From: Nitrosopumilaceae archaeon | Lineage (GTDB): Archaea > Thermoproteota > Nitrososphaeria > Nitrososphaerales > Nitrosopumilaceae | Direction: 5' to 3' | DNA length: 64,000 bases | Assembly: GCA_965214835.1 (NCBI GenBank) | Contig: CBDCCK010000002.1 | Span: 1,760,001-1,824,000 of the forward strand | Part shown: positions 32,235 to 42,909 of the stretch, piece after piece | Position numbering within the stretch: position 1 is the first letter of the stretch | How the letters are laid out: each line of letters starts with the position of its first letter | Program-made: the position numbers and the translations under genes | Notes under the pieces: generated by a model | Databases searched by the model: none | Told to the model about the DNA's origin: nothing | What the model saw: the letters and a program-made list of their open reading frames with translations, nothing else

Positions 32235-33489
32235 TCAGGTCAATTGCAGTCTGGACTACCTGCGCCCCCTCTAGCAGGCCTATGCTGCCCCTTCTTGCTT
32301 CTGCCTCGGTGACCCGCACCGTACCGTCGTTTTTGACCATGTCCCCTGAAACGAGCACCGGAACGGGATCGTCGCTGTGTCCCTTGTTGATGCACGGAGT
32401 GGAGTGATCTGCAGATATCACGACTGCCACCCTGCCGGGGTCGATGTTGTCTAGCAGCGTCCCGAAGAACCTCCTGTCGATCTCCTCGATGTTCTCCTTT
32501 TTGCCTACCGCATCCCCGTCGTGCCCGAACTCGTCTGGGCCCTTTAAGTGCACATAAATCGCATTCTGCGTCTCCATTGCCTTTGCTGCCACCCTTGCCT
32601 TCTCCTCATAGTCCGTCAGGCCCCCCGCCTCAAAGGCCTTCATTTGCAGTACCTGGGATATTCCCAGCTCCACCGGCATGTCCACGATGCACGAAAAGTT
32701 CATCGCGTACTTTTCGTTGATGGGCATCACGTCGGGATATCTGTTGCCTGCGTCCCTGAGCAGGATGCAGCTTAGCAGCTTCTTGGACTCTTTGGCGCGT
32801 TTTTCGTTAATACTGCTTTCCCTCATGATCTTGATTGACTGCTCGTTGAACTCGTTTACCACCGATGCCGTAAGCCTGGCACCGTCGTCCTCCTGCAGCG
32901 GCAGGCACTTTTCAACCGTTAGATAGTCCCCGACGGCCTTTGCGACCCCCATTCCACCGATGTTGCTGTATGCCGGATCCGTGTTGGTAATCTCCGATGA
33001 GAGCTCGTCTCCCTCCGATCTGATTCTGACGGTCACCCTGTGCCCTATGGTGGGGGCAACAACCACCGATGTATCTGGATGTGAGAACTTGATCTTGTCT
33101 TCGATTTCCCTTGCAATCCCGTCTGCATCATGCCTTTCTATGTGCCTTCCCGCCCGCCTGTCTACAATCGCGCCACTGTCATCCAGGGTGGCATAGTTTC
33201 CGCGCAAGGCCAGATCCCCGTTCTTAAAGTCGACCCCAACCCCGATTGCCTCAATGACGCCCCTTCCTACATAGTTCGCATGTGCAAACTTGTATCCTAG
33301 CATGTTGAAGACTGCGATGTCTGACTCTGGGGCGATTCCCCTACCAACAGAGACTACCTCCCCCTGCGCCCCGTTTCTTGCAAGCCTGTCCATGACTGGC
33401 GTGTCTGCTGCCTCCAGAGGGGTTCTGCCCCCCAGATCCGGGTGTGGCAGGTCGCCGACCCCGTCTAGCAGTACGTAAATCATGTGCAT
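32218..33489 (-). CDS. apgM: 2,3-bisphosphoglycerate-independent phosphoglycerate mutase (archaeal type)
   Basis: LLDGVGD...TPLEAA, PESDIA, HLKGPDEFGHDG, SADHSTP, HSDDPVP. Confidence 0.92.
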   Translation of the reverse strand: MHMIYVLLDGVGDLPHPDLGGRTPLEAADTPVMDRLARNGAQGEVVSVGRGIAPESDIAVFNMLGYKFAHANYVGRGVIEAIGVGVDFKNGDLALRGNYATLDDSGAIVDRRAGRHIERHDADGIAREIEDKIKFSHPDTSVVVAPTIGHRVTVRIRSEGDELSSEITNTDPAYSNIGGMGVAKAVGDYLTVEKCLPLQEDDGARLTASVVNEFNEQSIKIMRESSINEKRAKESKKLLSCILLRDAGNRYPDVMPINEKYAMNFSCIVDMPVELGISQVLQMKAFEAGGLTDYEEKARVAAKAMETQNAIYVHLKGPDEFGHDGDAVGKKENIEEIDRRFFGTLLDNIDPGRVAVVISADHSTPCINKGHSDDPVPVLVSGDMVKNDGTVRVTEAEARRGSIGLLEGAQVVQTAIDLIRHRT

Positions 33490-33669
33490 GCTGGAGTTGT
33501 CCGGAACTTTGATCCCCTCGGTGTTTTTTCAGCGGCAGGCACTTTAAGTCTTCATCTGCGTGGTTATGTCCGGCAGTGCCCGCGCACGGGGCCGCTTTGA
33601 AAACCAGCCTGCCGCTGAGAACCAGGATCTGCGGTACAGTGTATGCAGTTGAAAATGGATCATTTTTTT

Positions 33670-34182
33670 GTATGAGGTCGCCTGCCCCTGGATTGTTTTG
33701 GCCACCTCAGCCATGATGGATTTGTCCTACATCCTCCACGTCGACGTGCATGTGTTGAGTACGAGGTCACCTATGTTTTGACAACCTGCTTGACATAGTA
33801 GACATATAAAAAAATGGAATTATTTTGACAATAATTTTTGGCCAAAAAGATCAAAGATCAGTCATATCGTACTCGGATGTATGAAAGAACAAAAAAGAAG
33901 GAGCCATGTCAGAAAGGAGTAGACCTTGTGCGTAATCGATTAAAACCAAAAAAAAACCAGGCAGCTTTTGCGTCATTTTTGGCAATTACGCAAAGTCTAG
34001 TCCGATTTTTTGCCAAATACGTGGCGTGCCGACCTCCAAGAGGCATGCAAAAAAGAGACAGGCAACAGCAGAAAAAAAGACAGGCTGCATGCAGCGAAGG
34101 GACGGCCTGCCGTAGCATCACCTAAAAACCGAATATTCTTGTGTCAAAATAGGCAGTCTATGGGAAATTTTTTGGACAACCC
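33670..34182. mobile_element. cluster of IS end remnants (IS66/MITE-B-type left ends and an IS5-like end)
   Basis: GTATGAGGTCGCCT at 33670; GTACGAGGTCACCTATGTTTTGACAACCTGCTT at 33759 matches the IS66 left end at 43784/45063; TTGGACAACCC near 34180. Confidence 0.5.
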
Positions 34183-34226
34183 TGATGTCACGCACGGCTT
34201 ATTAACCCAGCCCGAGTAATCCTGCC

Positions 34227-35312
34227 ATGCGGCTGCTCTTTGTCACAACAGGCCCAGACTTTGCGCCGGGCTTGCACTCAAAATGGACACTGCAGGGCAC
34301 GCTCATAAAAAGCCTAGAGAAACGAGGCATTGAGTGCAAGAGGGTCATACGCGAGGAATATCTGGGAAACATCATCGCGAGGCTTCCGGTTCTGAACACG
34401 TCAAAGAAAAGGCGTTTTGAGCGGCGGCTTGACGAGTTAAAACCGGACGTCGTAGTACTTGACATTCCAAACGATCTTGGGACAGCTGCTGCCAGCAAAA
34501 AAATACCGGTGTTGGTGTATTTCTGGGACATTTGGTCGCACCTAGAAATGGCAAGGGAAGGCAGGATGGTTTATCGCAGCATGTATTTTGCTGCACGGGC
34601 ACGTATAATGAATCCCTGCCTGAAAAAGGCCGTGGCCATACTTGCCGAGACCGACTCCATAGCCGATACCATAAGGGAGCACTATCCCCAGAGTAGTGTG
34701 GTGACGTTCCCGTATTCGAGCATAGACACGGACTTTTGGAGGGATGACGGAGGCGAGGACGTCATGGCACTGAGACATCCGTGCGTGGGCCTGCTACAGC
34801 ATGCCAATGCGTGGTTCAAGGCAAAGGAGATGCTCACCCTGCCCAAGGTCGTCGAGGCGCTCCCGCATGTGACGTTTTACTGGGCAGGCGACGGGCGGTA
34901 CCGCGACAGGATACTGGGGCCGCTGGCCGGATACGACAACTTTGAGTGGCTGGGGCCGCTGGAGGATCCCGCTAGGATTAGGGACTACCTCTCCTCGATT
35001 GACATCTATGGCCTTGCTAGCGGCATAGACATGTCGCCGTACTCGTTAAAGCAGGCCATGTCAATGGAAAAACCTGCCATTGCAACGGATGTCGGCGGCG
35101 TCTCAGAGACGATGCGGGATGGGGTGACGGGGTTTCTTGTAATGCGTGGGGATCATAGGGGGTGGATAGAGAGGATCATGCTGCTGCTGGGCGACGCAGA
35201 AAGGGCGCGGGACATGGGCAAGCAGGGACGCAGACTCGTGCGGGGCAGTTGGGATAACGTCGTGGCCGCCGAAAAGTTCGTCAAGATCGTCAAGGAAATC
35301 GGGCCAAAGTGA
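34227..35312 (+). CDS. glycosyltransferase family 4 (GT-B)
   Basis: WAGDG, DMSPYSLKQAMSMEKPAIATDVGG.SE...DGVTGFLV. Confidence 0.88.
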   Translation: MRLLFVTTGPDFAPGLHSKWTLQGTLIKSLEKRGIECKRVIREEYLGNIIARLPVLNTSKKRRFERRLDELKPDVVVLDIPNDLGTAAASKKIPVLVYFWDIWSHLEMAREGRMVYRSMYFAARARIMNPCLKKAVAILAETDSIADTIREHYPQSSVVTFPYSSIDTDFWRDDGGEDVMALRHPCVGLLQHANAWFKAKEMLTLPKVVEALPHVTFYWAGDGRYRDRILGPLAGYDNFEWLGPLEDPARIRDYLSSIDIYGLASGIDMSPYSLKQAMSMEKPAIATDVGGVSETMRDGVTGFLVMRGDHRGWIERIMLLLGDAERARDMGKQGRRLVRGSWDNVVAAEKFVKIVKEIGPK

Positions 35313-35488
35313 CGGAGACGTAGCATGTGCAGTCTATCATACGAAAATTAGTTCCGCCTAAGATCAGGCGTACTTAAGGATTATTTCAGACTGTACCGAT
35401 CAAAAAATGTGAGGAAAAGACTGGAGGAAAAGTCGCTCAGGTACATAGAAAGGCAGAGGAAAAAGGGCCTGTCCATTGGGCCAAACCA

Positions 35489-35617
35489 TAGGTGTTGCAT
35501 AATTCCACCCACCTGACTCAATCCGTATGTTTTTCTGAATTTCCACCCTTTTGCACACCTGATCCAGATGAATTCTCGGTGGTTTTCAGGAATTCTGGCG
35601 AATTAGGCGACAATCCA
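35489..35617. mobile_element. MITE family C, diverged copy
   Basis: Aligns with 46076-46204; end GCGAATTAGGCGACAATCC. Confidence 0.7.
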
Positions 35618-35619
35618 GC

Positions 35620-35891
35620 CCGTACCAAGCCGAAGACTCTGACGCACTTGGCGTTCTCCGGGATCTTTGCAAATATCTCTCTTACCTCGCTGTCCTTGTT
35701 GCTGATTCTTGTGTTGCTCAGCACCTTGCCGTCCTTGTCCCTCACCGCGACCTGGATGGACTCCTTGTGCACGTCCAGACCGACATACTGCTGCACCGCC
35801 TTTTTCATGTGTCTCCTCTTTTTTACAGTAGTCTGTTTGTTTGTACTGCCGTTTATATTGGCACCATCTGAATTTCGTTTTCGAGACACAT
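35620..35891 (-). pseudogene. IS110-family recombinase N-terminal fragment with upstream non-coding leader
   Basis: MKKAVQQYVGLDVHKESIQVAVRDKDG (DEDD N-terminus) from ATG at 35808; truncated next to MITE C. Confidence 0.75.
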
Positions 35892-35936
35892 ATGGTTACA
35901 CACATCAGAAATTGCAACATAATTTTGACATATCGT

Positions 35937-37304
35937 CAGTAGTTGAAAATGTACCCCCTTTTTAAGTGTCTGAATGTTTTGAACAAGTTGACATGATTTT
36001 TTCACCAATCGAGCTATAAACAGCGGTGTTCCTGTCTACCTTGATAATGAACCAAACCCAACAGAAACACCACACAAGGTACGGTGAGGCCGGATTTAAA
36101 TTCTTGGTTACCGCAGTAGGCATGCTGAAAATCAAGTTCTCCTCAAGACACAACGCCATGTGGGGCCTGGAAGACGCCTCCCGCCTGATTGCATCCATGT
36201 CGGAGCGTTCCGCATGTGCGCACTATACCGCCCAAAAGCTTGCACTTCTTGCATCAGAAGGCGCCGGGGCCGCGGTGCCCAGCTCGGCCTGGCTTCTTGC
36301 AAAGCTGGGGCACACAAGACTGTCCACGATGGAGAAAAGGTGCGATGCAATGCTGCATTACACGGCCGCCGAGGCGGTGGGCAGGCAGCTTTGCTCCCTC
36401 CAAAGGAGCCACAAGGCGCCTGTCCTTGCCATAGACGAGACCAAGCTGCCCAGATACGACAAGAAAACCGACATAAAGCACCTGGTAAAGTCAAAGCGCG
36501 ACAGGGGCACCATCAACTATGAGCAGTACATGACATGCAAGCTGACATCCAAGGCCGGCGCCGACGTGCATACGGCCTGCCGCATGGTGACCGAGGGCGA
36601 CAAACAGGCCGATCTGGTGCGTAATATGCTCAAAAAATGCGCCGATCTGGGCATTACGCCCAGGCTCGGGTCAAGGCGCAGCATCATCCTGCTTGACAGG
36701 GGGTTCTTTTCGGTCGATGTAATGGATGCCATATCCGAACCCGGGTTTGCATTCATCATGCCCGCAGTCAAGACGCCGGGGATAAAGAGGGCCATAGTGC
36801 AGCGCGCCCGCGGCAAGAGAAAGGCAGTATCAAGGTATACCATGAGGTCGTCAGACGGCAAAGAGTTCACGTTCACGCTGGTCATCAAGAAGATCCCAAG
36901 GTCCAAGGCAAAGAACGTCTTTGACAGATACCACGTGTTTGCGACCACGGTGCGCTGCTGCAGCTATCGGCAGCTGTTCTGCCATGTGACAAGAGAGTAC
37001 CGGAACAGGTGGGGCATAGAGACCGGATACCGCTGTGCCAAGAGCGTCAGGCCGCGGACCGTCAGCAGGAATCCTGTCCTGCGTGTGCTTTTGTTTTACA
37101 TGTCGCTTGCAGTATGCAACATATGGCTGACAATGAGGGACTCGGGAGACCCAAAGACCCGCGTCATGGCGCTGCTGACTCTGATGTATGCCGTGGTCCT
37201 GTATTCGTGCTGCCTCCGTGCGCCGGATGCCGACAGGATCGGGGTGGGGCGACGGCGGCATGATCCCGGCTAGACGGATTTATGGGGTACATTTTCAACT
37301 ACTG
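35937..37304 (+). mobile_element. ISH3-like element, copy 2; transposase 36026-37273
   Basis: Same TIR as 3087-4454, 5-bp TSD ATCGT; protein differs from copy 1 at only a few residues. Confidence 0.93.
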
Positions 37305-37351
37305 ATCGTGCCTATTTCGATAAGAAAATATCTCATTTTCAACTGTGCGTA

Positions 37352-38487
37352 GTATCTAGCTGAGATAACCACCCATCTCGCAGATCTTGATCTCGCCCCT
37401 GTGCAACATGACGCGTATGGACTTTTGCATCTCGCCGACGGTCTGATACAGGCGGTTTGCAGTCGCCTTTTTGAACCCGCGCCACTGCCCCTCTATCTTG
37501 TTCAGCTCCAGCATGTACGGCGGCAGGAACTTTGGCACCACATCACCATTCCATTCTGCCAGCTGCTCCCTGACCAGTGCGGCCCTGTGATACGATTCGT
37601 TGTCGACAAACAGCAGCACCCTGCCGTACTTGCGGCGCAGCACCTTGAGAAACCTGATGAACGTGTACTTGGCCTTTTTGTAAAAGCGGCAGTCAAGTCC
37701 GTTTGCCGACAGGGCCCCGATCGAATAGAACTCCTCCTTTGACAGGTTGGACGGCGTGTAGACCAAGCCTTCCCACGGGGTACCAGCTGTTCTTGACGCT
37801 CCACCCAAGGATGAACGAGGCCTCGTCCCCTATCATTACCGTGTGCCCCCTCTTTGAATGGTACCTTACGTACCACCTAGCTTTTTTTTTTGAGTTCCTC
37901 TTTCTCGGATTCTGAGGCTGATTTTGGGTGCTTTGGGCGGGGGGCTTTCTGCATGAAAAGCCCAGGCATGTGCAGTATCTTGTATACGCTGGAGACGGCA
38001 TAGTCTACCTTGTATTTCTTTTTGATGTGCGCTGCAAGCAGCGGTGCGGTCCACACCTCCGACTCTAATCCGCAGCTGCGCGGGCCCGCAACCAGGTCGG
38101 CGTGTACCTGCTTGAGCTGCCCTGCATTCAGCCACATCTTGGTGCCGGGCCTCTTGATGTCGTACCTTCCCTGTATGCCAAGCTGCATGGCCCGTATCAG
38201 CCAGTCGCGTATCGTAGAGTACCCCCGGCCGAGATGCTCGGCTATCTGGCGTATCGAGTCGCCTTTTTTGCGCCGTATGTAGGCCATCAACCTGGCTGCG
38301 GCCTTGGAGTCGGTCTCATTTTTGTACCTCTCAAGGAGGGACGGGACCGAGACGTTGGGAAGAAACTTGCCCCCTGTTGGTATCATTGAGTCGTCTGGTT
38401 TCATGCGTATTGTTTCACTGTGTCGTATCTAGGTATTTTGGTGAAAATTTCTTGTCCTTTTTGTGATTGGTTACTACACATAGTTAC
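37352..38487 (-). mobile_element. IS630-family element with frameshifted transposase (37877-38404 and 37356-37808)
   Basis: HTH part plus GDEASF, VDNESYH, ELNKIEGQW; TA-flanked imperfect ends GTATCTAGCTG/GTAACTATGTG. Confidence 0.8.
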
Positions 38488-38886
38488 TACGCCACAGCAT
38501 TCAAGGGCAATGCTGAGGCTCATCTTCTGGTGACAGATCTGTACGGCATTCATCCTTTGCTCAGCTCCATTGTTTTTTTTAAAGCATCACAGGCAACTGC
38601 ATACTCGCCTATGATGCGTTTGAGATCCTAGTTCTCTTTTTGCAGGACAGATACTGCCTTGTCATTCCGGCCCAGGATGGATGCCTTGCCGCCCTCGACG
38701 AATCTGTCCATCCACCTGCCAAACGTGGTGGGCGCGATGTTGTGCTTGCGGCACAGCTCGGCAGTGCTGATGTTGGTCTTGATGGACTCCATCACTATGT
38801 CTGTTTTTTCATGCCCCGTATGCCCTCCTGTCATATACAAATTCTACGCATTTGGGCGGTTCGAATTTTATGGGGTCCTCACCAGG
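38488..38886 (-). pseudogene. IS3-family left end with OrfA fragment
   Basis: TGGTGAGGACCCC end; IVMESIKTNISTAELCRKHNI HTH with an internal stop; cut by the IS630 at a TA. Confidence 0.75.
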
Positions 38887-39187
38887 AGCGAAGAAAATAG
38901 ATTGCATAGAACAAGCAAAACGTGCTGAAAAATCCTACAAAAAACGGAAAACTCGGCAGAGTGCTGATTCGAAATTAGCAGGTTTGGATCATGCATAAAC
39001 GAACTTGCATCGATTAAAACAATGCCTACAAGTGACGAGTTGCCTGCATGTGAAATTGGCAAATGTACAGAAAAATCCCGGCATTTGCAGTTTCTAGTTT
39101 CGGATCACCCCTCTGGACAAAGTCATGCGAATACTGCCTCATCGAACACCTGGCTTGGCCTGTCGCTGCCTCTGGCGCCAATCCAGG

Positions 39188-39523
39188 TCAGCAAGTGATC
39201 CTTATGGGCAGCCTGTCTTGCTGGACAAGCCTGGCAATTATTGTATTGAGGGTGCCTGCCTTCATGCCACACCTCAATGCGCAAAACAGCTGGCCTCGCG
39301 AGTCAAACTCTGTGTGCTTTCTGAGCAAGTCTTCAACACGTATCTGACTTGGCAATCTGGGATTGTTTTTCTTGGCCAGCCTCAAAACCAACCTTCTCAT
39401 CTGTGACTGATCCTTCTTGATCATGGTGGCAAGAAGCTTGTCGCCCTGTTCTTTGGGCACAGTCTTTGAATGCGCTACTTGCACATGCTGGCATACACCA
39501 ATTGGTATATAATGATGCGACAT
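39188..39523 (-). CDS. hypothetical protein, possibly frameshifted
   Basis: 111-aa ORF with an upstream AT-rich region; no motif recognised. Confidence 0.35.
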   Translation of the reverse strand: MSHHYIPIGVCQHVQVAHSKTVPKEQGDKLLATMIKKDQSQMRRLVLRLAKKNNPRLPSQIRVEDLLRKHTEFDSRGQLFCALRCGMKAGTLNTIIARLVQQDRLPIRITC

Positions 39524-39722
39524 GCTACATTGGTAAGATTTCCTCTTAAAATAACCGGATACTTTGTTATGCTGATCGTGGGTTAAAAGCTGTAAAAGTA
39601 GCGCCCCATCATATCATGATATTTTGCATGCCCCATCCCGGCTTTTCTTTTTTGCATGCCCCCCGACTTTCAAAAATCGCGCCTACGTAAACGTTTTAAC
39701 GCACAAAACTTGCAAAAAACGC

Positions 39723-40739
39723 ATGGGAGATATGAGAAAGGACTATGTTTCTGAGCGGTTTATGATTGTAAGCCCGACAGGTCCGATCATCAGGGACGCA
39801 AAAAAATCCCCATATCTGCCCGGAAACGAGTCCCTGACGAATCCTTCCGTCCTCTCCCTGGTGGCAAAGGACGGCATGCTGCAGCGCCTGCAGGACGGCG
39901 AGGGCGAGCATGTGGAGGGCTGGTCGATCCGCGTCTTTGAGTCAAAAAATCCCGTAGTCTCCATCGAGACCGAGAACACCTACAGTGAAAGGCCGCATTA
40001 CAGCGAGCCTGCATACGGCTACCACTATATCGTCGTGGCCTCGCCAAGCCAAAAGGACAACTTTGCAACCCTGGACGCAGAGCAGTGGTCCAACATCCTC
40101 GTGGTGGTCCAGGACAGGCTGCGGTGGCTGTACACCCAAAAGGGGGTCAAGTATGTCTCGATCTACGCAGATCACGGGCAGCCTGCCGGAAATCTCAACC
40201 CACACCCACACCTCAACGTAGTCACGTTTTCCATGATCCCCCCTGTAATCGAGGAGGAGGCAGAGGCGTCGCACAGGATCCTCAATGAAAGGGGGGTGTG
40301 CTCGATGTGCCAGACCGTCAGCGAGGAGATCGGGGGTCCCAGGCAAATCCTTCAGACCGAGGGATTCGTCGCATTCTCTCCCTGGTCACCCTCGTACCCA
40401 TACGAGTTTTGGATATCGCCAAAAAAGCACACCACCAGCTTTTCAAAGATAACCCAGAAGGAGATAAACGACCTCTCGCTGATCCTTCGCGCCACCCTGG
40501 GCGGACTCTCAAAGACCATCAAAAACGTATCATACAGCCTAGTCTTCCATCTCTCCCCCGAGAAGAAGAACAGCCGGCAGATACACTGGCACATCGAGAT
40601 CTATCCAATCACAAAGCCCTGGTCGGGCCTGGAGCGCGGATACAGGATCTTCCTAAACGACGTCTCACCGGAGGAGGCCGCCGAAAAGCTGGGGGTCTCG
40701 TGCAGGCGGGAACTTGCGGGCCTGGTGGGAATAGTCTAG
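39723..40739 (+). CDS. galT: galactose-1-phosphate uridylyltransferase-like protein (GalT/HIT superfamily)
   Basis: MRKDYVSER, PYLPGNE, AYGYHYIVV, HPH motif, CSMC, PYEFWISPKKH, HWHIEIYP. Confidence 0.85.
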   Translation: MGDMRKDYVSERFMIVSPTGPIIRDAKKSPYLPGNESLTNPSVLSLVAKDGMLQRLQDGEGEHVEGWSIRVFESKNPVVSIETENTYSERPHYSEPAYGYHYIVVASPSQKDNFATLDAEQWSNILVVVQDRLRWLYTQKGVKYVSIYADHGQPAGNLNPHPHLNVVTFSMIPPVIEEEAEASHRILNERGVCSMCQTVSEEIGGPRQILQTEGFVAFSPWSPSYPYEFWISPKKHTTSFSKITQKEINDLSLILRATLGGLSKTIKNVSYSLVFHLSPEKKNSRQIHWHIEIYPITKPWSGLERGYRIFLNDVSPEEAAEKLGVSCRRELAGLVGIV

Positions 40740-40861
40740 GCAGGGGCCTGTCCACTTTGGGGGATGCGGCGCGGGGGACATGCGGTGATCAGGGCCCGGG
40801 CCGGCAGTGCCGCATAGGGGCAGACTCCTGCCGCCCGGAGCCTGCGAGCGTTTATTAGATC

Positions 40862-41551
40862 ATGGCGCAGCGGCATTACGTGGAATACGAGATCGTCAAA
40901 AACCCGATGGGGCTGGTAGAGTTCACGCTGGACCGGGGGGAAAGCGTCACCGCAGAGGCCGCGGCAATGGTGTTCACAAGGGGGAACATCAGGACCGAGA
41001 CTAGGATGAGGAGGGGAGGATTCCTCAAGTCGCTCAAGGCGGCGGCGCTGGGCGGAGAGTCGTTTTTTGTCAACGAGTTCATCGCCGAGGAGGACGGCTG
41101 CAGGCTCGGGCTTACCGGAAACATGCTGGGCGACATCGAGGCCATCGACGTCAGCGAGGAGCTCATCGTCCAGTCGGGCTCCTTTGTGTGCTCTACTGCG
41201 GATCTGACGCTGGATACAAAGTGGCAGGGGTTCACAAAGGGGATCTTTGGCAGCAACCTGTTCATGCTAAAGACCCTTGGTACAGGCAGGATGTTTGTCA
41301 ACGCGTGGGGCGGAATCCTGAGAAAGGAGCTGCAGTCAGGTGAAAGGATGTATCTGGACAACTATCAACTGGTCGCGCTGAGCTCCACCGCTGGGTACAG
41401 GATCACAAAGCACGGACGCCTCAAGACGACCCTGTTTGGCGGCGAGGCACTGGTAATCGAGATCACGGGTCCGGGGACGGTATACCTTCAGACCAAGAAT
41501 ATCATGGAGTTTGCAAGGGCGCTGATTCCGTTCCTGCCAAAGAGGCACTAG
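40862..41551 (+). CDS. TIGR00266/AIM24-family protein
   Basis: L.RGESVTAEAAAMV, LGGESFFVNEF, LFGGEALV...GPGTVYLQT. Confidence 0.88.
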   Translation: MAQRHYVEYEIVKNPMGLVEFTLDRGESVTAEAAAMVFTRGNIRTETRMRRGGFLKSLKAAALGGESFFVNEFIAEEDGCRLGLTGNMLGDIEAIDVSEELIVQSGSFVCSTADLTLDTKWQGFTKGIFGSNLFMLKTLGTGRMFVNAWGGILRKELQSGERMYLDNYQLVALSSTAGYRITKHGRLKTTLFGGEALVIEITGPGTVYLQTKNIMEFARALIPFLPKRH

Positions 41552-41569
41552 CATCCGAGATCGGCCCCA

Positions 41570-42007
41570 CCGGCAGTTTCTGCCACGAAGAGTGATTCAC
41601 AATTAAAAACCATGCGGGCACCCCTGTACTGGGATCGGCATCCTGTGGCATTGTATTTTTTTGGATCCGGCCTCGTCTGTGACGACTGCTGCTGGCACCT
41701 GCCCGGTGTCTGCGTCGATCATCAGGTGCAGCCTGACGAGTACGCGTCTTGCCTGCCATTTCTTGTATGTATGTTCGCCCCGGCTGTGCTGCTTGAGGCC
41801 AGTGGCATCTGTTGTCATGACCAGGCCACTGGATTTGTCGCGCACAGTGGTGTTGTTGTATGATATGTCGGCGAAGCTGCCGTATCCTGCATGTCGTGGT
41901 GTGACACGGCAAGCAACTGCCCCGAGCATTTCCCTGACCATGTCCGACAGTCGTGGCCTTGCTGCATGTCCACCACCCGCATCTCCGGGCGGGGGCAGGC
42001 CCCACAT
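41570..42007 (-). pseudogene. IS5-family (IS903-like) transposase fragment
   Basis: TDATGLKQHSRGEH..KKW...RLHLMIDADT...VVTDE motif. Confidence 0.7.
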
Positions 42008-42051
42008 GATCCTAGCTCATGGTTTATTTAGAAACCACATGATTCCAGATC

Positions 42052-42477
42052 ATGGCAGTCGAAAGGTACATCGCAGCTGCAAGCCTCGGGCTTTATGTCA
42101 TGTTTGCAGGCGAGATAATCACAGTCTACAGCTTTATGATCGATCCTGCCACCGAAATGTTCGAGCCCGAGCCGAAGCTGCTGCAGTTCATCTCAATCGG
42201 CGTCGCGCCTGCCGTAATCATGACCGGCGTCGCGTATATCATGTCGCGCCGCTACGGCTCTAGGCCCATAGGGGCGATGATTTTCTCAGGCGGGATTGTC
42301 ATGCTGGCTGGCATGGCCTATACGTATGCCATAGCAGACCAGATCCAGGACGAGTTCAAGCTGGACTCTGTAATGATGGTGCCTCCTGTGTTCATGGCAG
42401 TCTCGGTCCCCGTCATGGTCTTTGGGGCCCTGCTGTTCAGGGTCAGGAGGCGGCGCCCCAGAAAGGACTATCTCTGA
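42052..42477 (+). CDS. conserved membrane protein with four hydrophobic segments
   Basis: 141-aa hydrophobic ORF. Confidence 0.75.
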   Translation: MAVERYIAAASLGLYVMFAGEIITVYSFMIDPATEMFEPEPKLLQFISIGVAPAVIMTGVAYIMSRRYGSRPIGAMIFSGGIVMLAGMAYTYAIADQIQDEFKLDSVMMVPPVFMAVSVPVMVFGALLFRVRRRRPRKDYL

Positions 42478-42908
42478 TGATCAAACCTCATCCCGTTTGA
42501 CGTCCTGGAGAATCCCAGGCTTTCATAGAATCCTAGGACGCCATCAAGGCAGTCAAGGATCGTCTTGTAGCACCCACGGTTCCGGGCATAGTCCAGTGCG
42601 AACTCTACCAGACTTTTGCCTATGCCCTTGCCCTGCATCCTGTCTGCCACTACCACGTCCTCGATGTGTCCCACCCTGCCTCCTCCGTGGATGAACTTTT
42701 GCTCGATTAGAAGCGTGATGGAGCCCACAATCCTGCCGTCCATCTCTGCTACGAAGATCCTGTGGTTCTGGTCTGAGAGTATGGATGAGAGGATCCCCCG
42801 TGCCTTCCCCGGATCCAGATCGCTTGCCCTTCTGAGGGAGTCCAGCGACTCTAGGAACCCGTTTTGCAGATCCGCCTCCCTAATCTCCCTGATTATGACA
42901 TCTGGCAT
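42468..42908 (-). CDS. GNAT acetyltransferase (glucosamine-6-phosphate N-acetyltransferase-like)
   Basis: LLIEQKFIHGGGRVGHIEDVVV...QGKGIG...CYKTILDC. Confidence 0.9.
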   Translation of the reverse strand: MPDVIIREIREADLQNGFLESLDSLRRASDLDPGKARGILSSILSDQNHRIFVAEMDGRIVGSITLLIEQKFIHGGGRVGHIEDVVVADRMQGKGIGKSLVEFALDYARNRGCYKTILDCLDGVLGFYESLGFSRTSNGMRFDHQR

Positions 42909-42909
42909 G

